This document shows, piece by piece, positions 10,907 to 21,122 of a DNA stretch of 64,000 bases. Position 1 is the first letter of the stretch; every line of letters starts with the position of its first letter. Source of the DNA: a virus; IMG/VR virus record IMGVR_UViG_3300026189_000003, positions 43,641-107,640 of that record. One strand, written 5' to 3'. Under the pieces are notes generated by a model that had not been told where the DNA came from, made no database searches, and was given only the letters and a program-made list of their open reading frames with translations. The position numbers and the translations under genes are program-made.

Positions 10907-11029
10907 ATGAATTTTTTCAAAAATAAATGGACATGGGTTGGCATTGCAGTTGTTTTAGTTGCCGCATGGCTTATGATCGGCGGAGACATTCCAATGATAT
11001 CTGGTGGTGAAACACCGGCCGCAGAATAA
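10907..11029 (+). CDS. 40-aa single-TM peptide (below ORF-track cutoff)
   Basis: AAGGAG SD; MNFFKNKWTWVGIAVVLVAAWLMIGGDIPMISGGETPAAE; followed by a terminator. Confidence 0.75.
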   Translation: MNFFKNKWTWVGIAVVLVAAWLMIGGDIPMISGGETPAAE

Positions 11030-11050
11030 TAAAAATCTAAAGTTTAAATT

Positions 11051-11076
11051 AAGGCGTCTTCATGGCGCCTTTTTTT
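11051..11076 (+). terminator. Intrinsic terminator between convergent genes
   Basis: AAGGCGTC...GGCGCC followed by a T-tract. Confidence 0.75.
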
Positions 11077-12505
11077 ATGACTGGTTTGCTAAACTTTTAC
11101 TTTCGTGATCAGGATATGGTTCTCTAGTTGGGAACCTAGATAATATCGAACCTCTAGTAGCTTCTGTAACTCTAGGAGAATTCAATGCCGGACCATTTCT
11201 AGTTTCTAAAATATTGGTGTACAATAAATTACCATCGCTATCAACTTGTAAAGATATACCACTGACTGCAGAGGCAGTGCCTGCCGCTGGTCCGTTCATG
11301 TGTATTACTGTTGCTGTTTCATAGTGTCCTGTACTAGCAGTGATATTTGACGAACCTTTTGAAGCTGTTAAAAAATGACTTTGTTCACTAAAGATGTTAG
11401 TTGATCCTGTAGTACTCATATGTAACCCATGTGTTTCTTTTGTTCCAGCTTGTAAGTTAAGATCTCCTGCTGATTGTATATGCACTTGTCCATATACATC
11501 GCCCAGATCGGTTGTTGATTTAGGTTGTGTTAATATATTGTTTTGTTTGTGTTGAGTATGATGAGCTTTAATATTGATGTTTCTACCCGCTTCGATATTC
11601 ATATCTCTGTCAGCTCTAAAGTTTATATCTTTTTCTGATCTAACTGAAATTGAATCAGCTCCCCACATTTCAATTTTTCCTGAGTCAGATATTTCTACCC
11701 AACCTGTACCTTTACTGTTTACAACGTATATTGTGTTGTTAGTGTCATCTAATAGTATTTGTGAACCACCAACTGTTCTTAATCTAATGTGTTGCTGACT
11801 AGCATCGTCCATTACAAAAGAATGACCACCCGGTGTTAAAATACCAAAAACTTTTGAAGGAGATTCTCTCCTAGCTGTACTGTCAGATAATCCTCTTATG
11901 TTATCATTTTCTAAACCTTGTGTTGTGATACTTTTATATAATGGTTCGTGTTTAGCTCTTCTTACACCATCAACTGGTTTGCCTGCTTCAGTTTTAAAAA
12001 TATTTAGGCCATCGCTTACTTCTTGGCTGACTCTATTGTGTTCAGCAACAGGAACTACAGGGGCGTCTTCACCAAATGTTGCACCTTTGGCTATTCCTGG
12101 TATCATATGATTCATTCCTGGTTGAAATAAACAACCTAAACAAACACCATTATTTTGATGACCATTTACAAAAGCAACTACAACAATATTACCAACGTCC
12201 GGTGGTGTCATCCACATACCATAACTTCTTTGTGTTGACTCGTAAGCATTTTCTCTATCTGCTTCACCCTTAATTAAAGAACCTTGCGAAGTAGTACCTG
12301 CAAAAGGAGAACTCCATAAAACAGTTTTCCATTTACTTGAATCAGTTTTGTCTGCTTGGCTTCCGTATAAAAAAACTTTTAAACGACCCATTCTAGCCGC
12401 ATCTGTGGCATCCATCACTTCAGCAATCTGTATGCTATTAAGACCAGTTGCTTTAGTCTGATGTTGATTATTAAATGCTCTAGTTGAACTTTCGCCTTTT
12501 TGCAT
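11075..12505 (-). CDS. gp5: Baseplate hub/central spike, gp5/VgrG-like (OB fold plus beta-helix, no lysozyme domain visible)
   Basis: D...RMGRLKV, SYGMWMTPPDVGNIVVVAF, TPGGHSFVMDD, IRLRT, GWVEI, and C-terminal PTREPYPDHE. Confidence 0.8.
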   Translation of the reverse strand: MQKGESSTRAFNNQHQTKATGLNSIQIAEVMDATDAARMGRLKVFLYGSQADKTDSSKWKTVLWSSPFAGTTSQGSLIKGEADRENAYESTQRSYGMWMTPPDVGNIVVVAFVNGHQNNGVCLGCLFQPGMNHMIPGIAKGATFGEDAPVVPVAEHNRVSQEVSDGLNIFKTEAGKPVDGVRRAKHEPLYKSITTQGLENDNIRGLSDSTARRESPSKVFGILTPGGHSFVMDDASQQHIRLRTVGGSQILLDDTNNTIYVVNSKGTGWVEISDSGKIEMWGADSISVRSEKDINFRADRDMNIEAGRNINIKAHHTQHKQNNILTQPKSTTDLGDVYGQVHIQSAGDLNLQAGTKETHGLHMSTTGSTNIFSEQSHFLTASKGSSNITASTGHYETATVIHMNGPAAGTASAVSGISLQVDSDGNLLYTNILETRNGPALNSPRVTEATRGSILSRFPTREPYPDHESKSLANQS

Positions 12506-15207
12506 TAGTAAGCTCCTCCATCATTATATGGTAATGATAATTTTTCTTTTAATTCTTTTGCCACTTTATTTTTCTTTTCTTTTATTTGCCAACTGTTAGG
12601 ATCTTTTGTTAATGAGTTTGCTTTACCTACAACAGTTTCACCAACACCTGAAGCTTTTAAATATTTTTCATAGTTAGTATTCTCTAATACATTTTTATCT
12701 CCAATTGGATTGGTTACATCAAAGTTTACATCAGATGCACCTATTTTGTTTGCTATCTCTGGATTACCGGCAAACTCAACTGTAATTTTTGGTACTGGAA
12801 GTTGATCATTTTGTTCACCGCTATTATCAGTATCTATTTTCTCAACTTTATCTTTCATTGATTGATTGGTACTAGTCACATTGGCGGCGGCATCTTCTTT
12901 TTTATCGTAGCTTGAATATGGCTCCTGTAGTACTAATCCTAAATCAGTAATACTATCTCTTACCATTGACAGTCTTGTCATGAACTGTCCATTGTCAAAT
13001 GTGTTATCAACTCTAACTACTCTGTAGATGGCAGTTAAAAATTGATCCGTATTCATTTTTAATTTTTCTGCTGATGTTTGTATTTCTGATCCTGATGCGG
13101 CTTCTTTAAGAGTCTCTGATGGATATCTGCTTGTGAAAAGTATAACATTTTCTCTTTTGAAATTAACTGCTTCTGTTGAAGAAAAATCAGCTGAGAATTC
13201 TGGTTTATCTAGCCAATATGGATCACCAATAATATCTAGCTCTGCACGTATCATTTCATTACTACCTGTCTTGGCGTTTGTAATTACTGTATTAAATTCG
13301 CTACCTGCACCAACCTCAAACATTCCTTCATTGCTTGGCTGAATGTATCTTTCATAGAACTGTGTTGGAAACTTTGTACCATACTTTTTAATACCTTCTT
13401 TATAACGAGCATCGCTTATTTTTTCTGCTAGTGTACTTTCCGGATCGCTATGAATATTAAAACGATCGTTCTTACCAAAACCAGCTACTGAACTTTCTTT
13501 TTCAAAGTTAATGTCGTTACTGTCTATAGCTGTTAGTTCTCCTAATGTGCCTTTGGCTGGGCTTCCTGGTGAAATACTACGATCATATTTTTCTGCATCT
13601 TTGTTAAATTGTTCTGCTAACGTATTATATGTTTCCAGCGAGTTTGCATCAGGCTCTACACCTAAATCCATGTATGATTGTCTTACTTTTTTAAGAGTGT
13701 CATATCTAAGTACTAGTGTATCATAATTGCTACTACCTGCATTGCCTCCGGAGGCATGAGCCAAGTTAGCGGCATTTTGTGCCTTAATGGCTTTGTTATG
13801 ATCTATGTTGTCTGAATCTTGTTGTATTGATGAGTTCATTGCAGAACCATATCTGTTGTATAATCCTACAACAGTGTCTAACCCAAATACATACTGAAAG
13901 TTAAAGTTGATATCAAAGTTTGTTACGTCAATGTTCATTCCAGTATTATAATAGTCATATCGTTTTACAATAGTTTTGCTTTGCATCATGTAATCAGTAC
14001 GTTTTTTAGAATACTCTTCGTTTGGTTCAATCTCGTCTCTGACAGCGGCATTGATAGTAACCATATCTTGTAAAGATATTGTCCATACAAATTTTCTTGC
14101 ATAATCATTTCTTAATGGATCATATTTTATTATTTCATGATGACAAGCTATCATAGGCAACATTTTTGTTAATTTAATATCTTCCCATTTGTCAGATGTA
14201 AAACTATCAGTAATACTATTAATCGCACCTCTTATCTGTTGTTGTGCATATACATTCCTCGCACAAAAAGTTTCAAGTACTTCACGTATACTAGTATTCT
14301 TTTCAATCTCGATCTTAACTGCACCTTCGTCTGTGCCTTGGTTTTGCAAATTCATTGCATTAATATCGTCTTGTATAGGACTTGCTAAAAATTCTTGTGC
14401 TTTTGAATCATCTGTCTCCTGGCTATCGCCACCTTTCCATGGCCCTCTAACTTTAAATTCATATTGATCTAAAATTAATTTAGTTTGACCTAGATAATGT
14501 TTTTCTTGCTCGTTAACTTTTTTCTTAAATGCTTGTAGAAATTCATCAAATGAATTAATTTGTTCACTGATAGAAAGATCTTGGATTAAATTATGATCAT
14601 CTGATTTAGCAGTATCACTAGATCTTATTGCTTCTACATCATAGATTGTTGCACCATTATCTATTCTATACGTCATTCTATTAATATTAATTGCGTAAAC
14701 TCTTTTAGTGCCTGGTATCTCTTGTTCAGGTATAGAACCATCTTTGGATCTACCTTTCAAATAAACCTGTAAGAAATAAGGATGTGAATAATGATTTTCA
14801 ATATCTAATATTGATGCCGCCTTGTAAATATTTTGTACAAGATTACTACCCAATGGCTGTGTTATTGCCATTCTCATTTTAGTTGAAAATGTCAAACTAG
14901 ACACTTGGTTTGGCGAAGCATAGGCTTCCATATCTAATCTTGTTATCTGTGCAACTGTTCCTGCTGTCTGTGCCAATATGATCATGTCATCAGTAAAAAC
15001 ACTTTTATTGTTTAAGTCATTAATATTAGCTGTAAGTTTCTCTGTACTTCTTTCTAAAGATAACCAATTTTTTGTAACATTGGTTGTAGTCATTGCTAAC
15101 GTAATGTCATACGTTACGTTTTCGTAATTGTGTAATACGTTAGGATTAGGATTGTCTCCATCTTTGAACCAGTTCCAAAAACCTTTATTTGTGTTTGCGT
15201 ACGCCAT
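12505..15207 (-). CDS. Large baseplate hub protein (gp27-like position)
   Basis: NVLHNYENVTY N-terminus and ELDIIGDPYWL...YRVVRVDNTFDNGQFMTRLSM; lies between gp53-like and gp5-like. Confidence 0.6.
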   Translation of the reverse strand: MAYANTNKGFWNWFKDGDNPNPNVLHNYENVTYDITLAMTTTNVTKNWLSLERSTEKLTANINDLNNKSVFTDDMIILAQTAGTVAQITRLDMEAYASPNQVSSLTFSTKMRMAITQPLGSNLVQNIYKAASILDIENHYSHPYFLQVYLKGRSKDGSIPEQEIPGTKRVYAININRMTYRIDNGATIYDVEAIRSSDTAKSDDHNLIQDLSISEQINSFDEFLQAFKKKVNEQEKHYLGQTKLILDQYEFKVRGPWKGGDSQETDDSKAQEFLASPIQDDINAMNLQNQGTDEGAVKIEIEKNTSIREVLETFCARNVYAQQQIRGAINSITDSFTSDKWEDIKLTKMLPMIACHHEIIKYDPLRNDYARKFVWTISLQDMVTINAAVRDEIEPNEEYSKKRTDYMMQSKTIVKRYDYYNTGMNIDVTNFDINFNFQYVFGLDTVVGLYNRYGSAMNSSIQQDSDNIDHNKAIKAQNAANLAHASGGNAGSSNYDTLVLRYDTLKKVRQSYMDLGVEPDANSLETYNTLAEQFNKDAEKYDRSISPGSPAKGTLGELTAIDSNDINFEKESSVAGFGKNDRFNIHSDPESTLAEKISDARYKEGIKKYGTKFPTQFYERYIQPSNEGMFEVGAGSEFNTVITNAKTGSNEMIRAELDIIGDPYWLDKPEFSADFSSTEAVNFKRENVILFTSRYPSETLKEAASGSEIQTSAEKLKMNTDQFLTAIYRVVRVDNTFDNGQFMTRLSMVRDSITDLGLVLQEPYSSYDKKEDAAANVTSTNQSMKDKVEKIDTDNSGEQNDQLPVPKITVEFAGNPEIANKIGASDVNFDVTNPIGDKNVLENTNYEKYLKASGVGETVVGKANSLTKDPNSWQIKEKKNKVAKELKEKLSLPYNDGGAY

Positions 15208-15221
15208 GTTTAACTTCTTTA

Positions 15222-15509
15222 TTAAGCATTTATAGTTGATAGAGCATCAGCACTAGGAATTCTAATTGTAACTCCTGTACGGAAATCTCTAATTGGGTCT
15301 TTTATTTCATTCATATTTCTTCTTGCAAAAACCCACCATAGCCTTGTGTTACCATACAAACTGTATGCTAACAGATCCGGTCTTCGATCAAATTTTGATT
15401 CAATTGTGTAGTACTCATCATTGTCATCCATTGGCATAGATGGCATTTGTAAAATATCTCTATAATCATCGATGATTTTAGTTTTAAAATAAGGTGAGCT
15501 TGACGACAT
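15222..15509 (-). CDS. gp53: Baseplate wedge protein, gp53/LysM-like
   Basis: RPDLLAYSLYGNTRLWWVF...N...DP...G..IRIP. Confidence 0.8.
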   Translation of the reverse strand: MSSSSPYFKTKIIDDYRDILQMPSMPMDDNDEYYTIESKFDRRPDLLAYSLYGNTRLWWVFARRNMNEIKDPIRDFRTGVTIRIPSADALSTINA

Positions 15510-16252
15510 TAAATAAATCCTCCTGAACCATCAGGATTACCTTTTTTAAGATGTTTTCCTGATCTAAAATCATTCAAATTAAATTTATCTCTAATTTGAC
15601 TTGGCACTGGTGCATAAACTAGTTCCATCATTATTGCCATTTGTGCTGGAACATAACTTTGTGATGTTAATGTTTCTAAATCACCATATGATAATGTTTG
15701 TTTTGCAGATGATCTTCTTTCTCTTTCACTTGGTGGTAAATTTGTTACGTCAGCGGCTCTGCCGGTCGCACAAGATACATAATCTACATCTGCATCTAAT
15801 CCAAAACTAACACTTCGTAATAGCACTGGAACTCTTTCAAACATATAAGATCCATATGCACTGAATAATAATGTTGGTGGAGCAATACCTCTCTTGGCTT
15901 CGTTTTCACGTCCATAATAACTTAATGATACCACTCTTAAAAAATGTATAACTGCTAGTAAGTATCTTGCCTCACTTTGATCTTGTGCAGAAAAAGGTGC
16001 TACAACACTCATACTAGGAGAAGCTCTTCTGGCAAACGCATAGTAATCAAAGTTTGTTTGAGGTAAATTGTACTGTGAATATTCAACAGCCGTATGCATT
16101 ATTTGAATACTTGGTGTGTATGGCATTAACAAACCGTTTGTATCTCTAATCGGTTTTAAGATACCTTCTTCGCCTCGTTTACCGTAAATTTCATCTGTAG
16201 CATTAGGCTTTGCTTGTAGCCTTGCTCTAAAATCATGTTTAACTTCTGTCAT
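15509..16252 (-). CDS. Tail tube initiator-like baseplate protein (gp48/gp54-like)
   Basis: PYTPSI, YLLAVIHFLR, PPTLLFSAYG..MF..VPVLL; position upstream of gp53-like. Confidence 0.6.
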   Translation of the reverse strand: MTEVKHDFRARLQAKPNATDEIYGKRGEEGILKPIRDTNGLLMPYTPSIQIMHTAVEYSQYNLPQTNFDYYAFARRASPSMSVVAPFSAQDQSEARYLLAVIHFLRVVSLSYYGRENEAKRGIAPPTLLFSAYGSYMFERVPVLLRSVSFGLDADVDYVSCATGRAADVTNLPPSERERRSSAKQTLSYGDLETLTSQSYVPAQMAIMMELVYAPVPSQIRDKFNLNDFRSGKHLKKGNPDGSGGFI

Positions 16253-16257
16253 ATAGA

Positions 16258-16265
16258 TATTTATA
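16258..16265 (-). promoter_or_regulatory. Late promoter TATAAATA, 5 nt before ATG 16252
   Basis: Exact T4 late consensus. Confidence 0.75.
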
Positions 16266-16306
16266 GAACTAATTAAATACAGTTATAAAAAAAGTAAGGA
16301 AATTGG

Positions 16307-16335
16307 TTGACTTCTAACGATTTTAACCTTATAGT
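16307..16335 (+). promoter_or_regulatory. Sigma70-type promoter of gp55
   Basis: TTGACT-17-TATAGT; the TTG used as start in the ORF track is the -35 box. Confidence 0.7.
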
Positions 16336-16342
16336 AGAACAT

Positions 16343-17182
16343 ATGAAAAGAGTTAATTATCTAAACAACAAGGATATTCTAAAAGAAATACACAAAAGTA
16401 AGAATTCATTCTGCTCTTATGTAGATGTTGATGCGGACTGTCATTATGATTTAATCATTAAAGACACCATTGAGAACATGAATAAAACCAAAATGATGGA
16501 AGCTAGACGAGCCAGAGCGGCAAGATTAACTGTTCTTAAATGCGACGAATTAGGTGTTACTAAGGCTAAATTGGGTTCAGAAGAAATTAAAACACAACAC
16601 GTAAAAGAACAAGACGTTGTTATTAGAGTATATACGTATGATCATGTTCCAGATGATCCAGACAGAAAAACCAATCCTAAAACAGTTGCTGATACTAAAG
16701 TTAAATTAAACTTTATTCCTTTTAAACATTATCGATTAGATGATGAAGGCAATTGGAAATTAGTTGGTAAATCGCATTGGCAAGGCGGCATGGAAAACGG
16801 TAGCTTTTCTTTAACACATGGTAAGATAACAAACAAGTTAGCTTTAATGTACATGAAACTTTGCCAAAGATATGGTAGCAGAGGTAACTGGCGAGGTTAC
16901 ACTTATAATGACGAAATGCAATCACAAGCACTATTACAATTAAGTCAAATTGGACTACAATTTGATGAGTCCAAGAGTGCTAACCCATTTGCCTATTACA
17001 CTGCCGCCATAACCAATTCATTTACCAGAGTATTAAATGTAGAAAAGAAACACCAAAATATTAGAGACGATATTTTACAAGAAGCAGGATATAATCCATC
17101 TTACACAAGACAAATTGAAGACCAAATGAAACAGGCTCAAGCAGAGCTAGGACCTTCGATTGACAATTACAACAAAAAGTAG
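16343..17182 (+). CDS. gp55: Late-transcription sigma factor, gp55-like
   Basis: NYLNNKDIL N-terminus; NWRGYTYNDEM...FDESKSANPFAYYT...NSFTRVLNVEKK; directly upstream of gp47/gp46 as in T4-like phages. Confidence 0.88.
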   Translation: MKRVNYLNNKDILKEIHKSKNSFCSYVDVDADCHYDLIIKDTIENMNKTKMMEARRARAARLTVLKCDELGVTKAKLGSEEIKTQHVKEQDVVIRVYTYDHVPDDPDRKTNPKTVADTKVKLNFIPFKHYRLDDEGNWKLVGKSHWQGGMENGSFSLTHGKITNKLALMYMKLCQRYGSRGNWRGYTYNDEMQSQALLQLSQIGLQFDESKSANPFAYYTAAITNSFTRVLNVEKKHQNIRDDILQEAGYNPSYTRQIEDQMKQAQAELGPSIDNYNKK

Positions 17183-17188
17183 TATAAT
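17160..17188 (+). promoter_or_regulatory. Perfect-consensus sigma70 promoter for gp47/gp46, overlapping the gp55 3' end
   Basis: TTGACA-17-TATAAT. Confidence 0.8.
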
Positions 17189-17222
17189 CTAAAAACAACT
17201 TATAAGTTTGAGATTGAAAAAT

Positions 17223-18227
17223 ATGTTTAAAAAAGCGGCCTGTTTTACAGACATTCACTTTGGATTAAAGAATAATTCTAGGCAACACAATAACGACTGT
17301 GAAAACTTCGTTAAATGGTTTATTAAAGAAGCTAAAGAATGGGGTGCAGAAACCTGCATTTTCCTAGGCGACTGGCATCACCACAGATCATCAATCAACA
17401 TTAGCACACTTAACTACTCAATCTCAAACTTGAAAAGATTAAGTGAGGCTTTTGAGAAAACCTATTTTATTACAGGTAATCATGATTTGTTTTATAGAGA
17501 TAAACGTGAAATATCATCTGTGGTGTTTGCTGAAGAAATTCCAAATATTGAAGTAGTCAATGACATACTTGTAAAAGATGATGTTGCTATTGTGCCATGG
17601 CTGATTGGCAATGAATGGAAAAAAATACAAAAAATTAAATGCAAATATATGTTTGGTCATTTTGAACTGCCAAACTTTAAAATGAATGCTATGGTAGAAA
17701 TGCCAGATCATGGTGAGATACAGGCAACACATTTCAGTCATATTGAAAAAGTGTTTACTGGACATTTTCACAAAAGACAAACCAAAGGTAACATCAGTTA
17801 CATTGGTAATCCGTTTGCCCATAATTATGCTGACGCATGGGATAACGATCGAGGTTGTATGTTCCTTGAGTGGGACAAAGAGCCTCAGTTTAAGATATGG
17901 GCAGATGGACCGAAGTATAGAACTATTACACTCAGCAAACTTTTAGAATCACCAGCTGATTATTTAGAACCGGAAACACACGTTCGTATAAAAATAGATA
18001 TGGATGTCACATATGAAGAAGCAAACTTTATTAAAGAAAACTTTCAAAATACATATAGTTTGAGAGAGATCAGTTTGTTGCCTTACAAAGAAGTAGAAGA
18101 TGAAATAGAGTTCCAAGGTGAAATTAAATTTCAAAGTGTTGACGAGATTGTTTTAGATCAGTTGACAAATATTGAATCAGACACATTTGACAACTCAGTA
18201 TTGATAGAGATTTACAACAGACTATGA
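17223..18227 (+). CDS. gp47: Recombination endonuclease subunit (Mre11/SbcD-like)
   Basis: DIHFG, GDWHH, GNHD and GHFH metallophosphoesterase motifs. Confidence 0.93.
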   Translation: MFKKAACFTDIHFGLKNNSRQHNNDCENFVKWFIKEAKEWGAETCIFLGDWHHHRSSINISTLNYSISNLKRLSEAFEKTYFITGNHDLFYRDKREISSVVFAEEIPNIEVVNDILVKDDVAIVPWLIGNEWKKIQKIKCKYMFGHFELPNFKMNAMVEMPDHGEIQATHFSHIEKVFTGHFHKRQTKGNISYIGNPFAHNYADAWDNDRGCMFLEWDKEPQFKIWADGPKYRTITLSKLLESPADYLEPETHVRIKIDMDVTYEEANFIKENFQNTYSLREISLLPYKEVEDEIEFQGEIKFQSVDEIVLDQLTNIESDTFDNSVLIEIYNRL

Positions 18228-20005
18228 TAAAATTAAAGACGCTGACCATTAAGAACTTCATGAGTGTGGGTGCCGCAACTCAGGTTGTCAAACTGGATCA
18301 ACCCGGACTTACTCTGGTGTTAGGTAACAACTTAGATCTGGGTGGCGAGGGATCACGTAATGGTACAGGTAAAACTACTATAATAAATGCATTGTCATTT
18401 GTGCTGTTTGGCGATGCTGTAACTAATATTAAACGTGATAATTTGATTAATAAAACTAATCAAAAAGGCATGAGTGTTGGTTGTGAGTTTGAAGTCGGTG
18501 GACACAGTTACAGAATCGAACGAGGCAGGAAGCCTAACTATTTTAAATTCTTAGTTGACAATTTAGAAGTAAATGAAAAAGACACTGATGAAGCACAAGG
18601 TGAAAATCGTTTAACACAAGATGAAATCAACAGAGTGTTTGGCATGAGCTTGCCTTTGTTTAAAAACATTATTGCATTAAACACATATAACCAGCCTTTT
18701 TTAGCAATGAAGCCTACAGAGCAACGTGCTATAATTGAAGAACTGTTGGGTATTACACAGCTATCGAATAAAGCAGATAGATTGAAAGAACAAATTACAA
18801 ACAGCAAAAATGATATTAAAGCTGAAGAGTTACGTATTGAAGCTGTTAAAACATCTAATGAAAAGATTGAAGAAACAATCAGAAGATTTAAAATAAAAAG
18901 CCAAGCATGGCAAGATACAAAAGAAAACAATATTAAAAATTTGCAGAATGCAGTTGATGAACTGACACAAATTGATATTGAACAAGAGCTAGAACAACAT
19001 AAAAAATTAGCTGAATGGAAAGAGCTATCACAAGAAATACAAGGCTTTCAAAAACAACTTGATTATGATGTTAGAGAACAAACAAACGCACAAAAGCAAG
19101 TTGATCAATATAACGAACAGTTAAAAACTTTAGAAAACAAAACGTGTCCCATGTGTGAACAACAAATACATGATGACACCGCTCATACAAAAGTAATTAC
19201 TAATACACAACAACAAATACAAACACATACAACTACTATAACAACATTACAAGAAAGTATTACACATACAAATAATCGCATACAACAACTAGGTGATCCG
19301 GGTGTGCGTCCAGAAACAAAATATCAAAATATTGATGATGCATATCAACACAAACAAAATTTAAGTAACTTGCAAAATGATTTACAAAAAACTAAAGAAG
19401 AAACCAATCCGCACAGTGAACAGATTGAAACATTACAAACTAAAAATATTGAAGACATTGATTACGGCATGATCAACAGTTTGACAAAATTAAAAGAACA
19501 CCAAGAGTTTTTATACAGACTATTAACAAGCAAAGACTCATTTATTAGAAAAAAGATTATTGATCAAAATTTATCTTACTTAAATGCAAGACTAAATCAA
19601 TATTTAGAAGAACTAGGACTACCGCACGAAGTTGTATTCCAATCAGATCTAAGTGTTGAGATAACCGAACTTGGTAGAGAACTTGATTTTGATAATTTAA
19701 GTCGAGGTGAAAGAAATAGATTAATACTCGGTTTGAGTTGGGCTTTCAGAGATATATTTGAATCAACTAATACTCCAATCAACTTATTGTTTATTGATGA
19801 GTTAATTGATAGTGGTATGGATACACAAGGTGTTGAATCAAGTATGGCTATTCTTAAAAAGATGACCAGAGAAAGACACAAAAACGTATTCTTAATTTCA
19901 CATAAAGATGAACTTACTGGCAGAGTTAATAGTATTATGAATGTGGTTAAAGAAAATGGTTTCACATCATTTGGCGAAGACTTTGAAGTAGTTAGTGTCC
20001 ACTAA
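18224..20005 (+). CDS. gp46: Recombination ATPase subunit (Rad50/SbcC-like)
   Basis: Walker A NGTGKTT, coiled coil with CPMC zinc hook, LSRGE signature, Walker B LFIDE, ISH. Confidence 0.95.
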   Translation: MIKLKTLTIKNFMSVGAATQVVKLDQPGLTLVLGNNLDLGGEGSRNGTGKTTIINALSFVLFGDAVTNIKRDNLINKTNQKGMSVGCEFEVGGHSYRIERGRKPNYFKFLVDNLEVNEKDTDEAQGENRLTQDEINRVFGMSLPLFKNIIALNTYNQPFLAMKPTEQRAIIEELLGITQLSNKADRLKEQITNSKNDIKAEELRIEAVKTSNEKIEETIRRFKIKSQAWQDTKENNIKNLQNAVDELTQIDIEQELEQHKKLAEWKELSQEIQGFQKQLDYDVREQTNAQKQVDQYNEQLKTLENKTCPMCEQQIHDDTAHTKVITNTQQQIQTHTTTITTLQESITHTNNRIQQLGDPGVRPETKYQNIDDAYQHKQNLSNLQNDLQKTKEETNPHSEQIETLQTKNIEDIDYGMINSLTKLKEHQEFLYRLLTSKDSFIRKKIIDQNLSYLNARLNQYLEELGLPHEVVFQSDLSVEITELGRELDFDNLSRGERNRLILGLSWAFRDIFESTNTPINLLFIDELIDSGMDTQGVESSMAILKKMTRERHKNVFLISHKDELTGRVNSIMNVVKENGFTSFGEDFEVVSVH

Positions 20006-20014
20006 ATATTTTAG

Positions 20015-20698
20015 ATGGACGATCTAAAAAAACATTTTACTCCTGATTACAATAACAAAGATATATGGGATTGGTTAGCAGAAGATACCACTGTACCTTA
20101 TGTTAAACTTGATATGCATATTCCATGGAAAGATATCTATGCTGAAGCACTTGCCATAAAAGACAAATGTATAGTGCATAGAGAAGATGAAGGTGGCGGT
20201 ACTTGGAAAAGTATTTGTATACATGGTGTTGATGCAGAATATACAAATGACTGGATGTACTATGATGGTAAATTTGAACAAGAGCCAGAATATAAATGGA
20301 CATGGGTAGCCGATCAATGTCCTATTACAAAACAATTTTTTGAAAATATATTTCCTTATAAAAGTTATAAACGATTAAGATTTATGTGGGTTGAACCTGG
20401 TGGGTATATCTTACCACATCAAGATAATCAAGAAAGATGTTTAAACCCAATTAATATTTCAATATACAATCCTAAAGATTGTGAGTTTAGATATAAAAAT
20501 TATGGGTCAATTCCTTTTACAAATGGTAGTGCATTTTTGATAGATGTAGGACAACCCCATGCTGTGTGGAATCGTAGCACAGAAGCAAGGCTTCATATAA
20601 TTGCACATGGAAAGAAAGATAAAGCCCGTTTTTTACCGTTGTTAGAAAACAGTTGGAATAAATATTCAATACTACAGGAGCAACAAGATGAATTTTGA
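20015..20698 (+). CDS. Asp/Asn beta-hydroxylase-like 2OG-Fe(II) oxygenase
   Basis: RLRFMWVEPGGYILPHQD...PHAVWN...ARLHII (HxD...H triad, cupin fold). Confidence 0.8.
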   Translation: MDDLKKHFTPDYNNKDIWDWLAEDTTVPYVKLDMHIPWKDIYAEALAIKDKCIVHREDEGGGTWKSICIHGVDAEYTNDWMYYDGKFEQEPEYKWTWVADQCPITKQFFENIFPYKSYKRLRFMWVEPGGYILPHQDNQERCLNPINISIYNPKDCEFRYKNYGSIPFTNGSAFLIDVGQPHAVWNRSTEARLHIIAHGKKDKARFLPLLENSWNKYSILQEQQDEF

Positions 20699-21050
20699 AC
20701 AATTAGTGAGATATACCCTTGAGTATAATAATCAATTAAGGTACTTTCACTGGCAAACTGAAAGTTTTGCACAACACGAAGCACTAGGTAAACTATATGA
20801 TGAACTTACAGCATCATTGGATACTTTAGTTGAAATATGGATTGGTAGAAATGGCAAGATTAAAGTGGACCAGGGTAGTGTTGAATTGGTGGATTATACA
20901 AACATACAAGCAGTGATCGAAAGTGCAGAATCACTAAGATCTGCTTATGAAGATTTTTCAAAAACAATGAATTTTATTGACGTACAAGATCAGATAGATG
21001 ACATTGTAAAATCGTTAAATCAAGCAATATATCTGTTTAACCTAAAATAA
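20688..21050 (+). CDS. Ferritin/Dps-like four-helix bundle protein
   Basis: FHWQT...AQHEALGKLYDEL...D.LVE. Confidence 0.7.
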   Translation: MNFEQLVRYTLEYNNQLRYFHWQTESFAQHEALGKLYDELTASLDTLVEIWIGRNGKIKVDQGSVELVDYTNIQAVIESAESLRSAYEDFSKTMNFIDVQDQIDDIVKSLNQAIYLFNLK

Positions 21051-21122
21051 GACTTATTTTAAGCGTCATACAATGGGGTCAAAGCCACCACCTGGGGTGT
21101 TAGTACCCTCGTATTTCTGTGA

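Noticed and set aside
16307-16342. Upstream starts given in the ORF track (16307, 10086, 17208, 40444, 48594, 54717)
   Set aside because: They overlap promoter boxes or lack an SD; downstream ATGs fit promoter or SD geometry better
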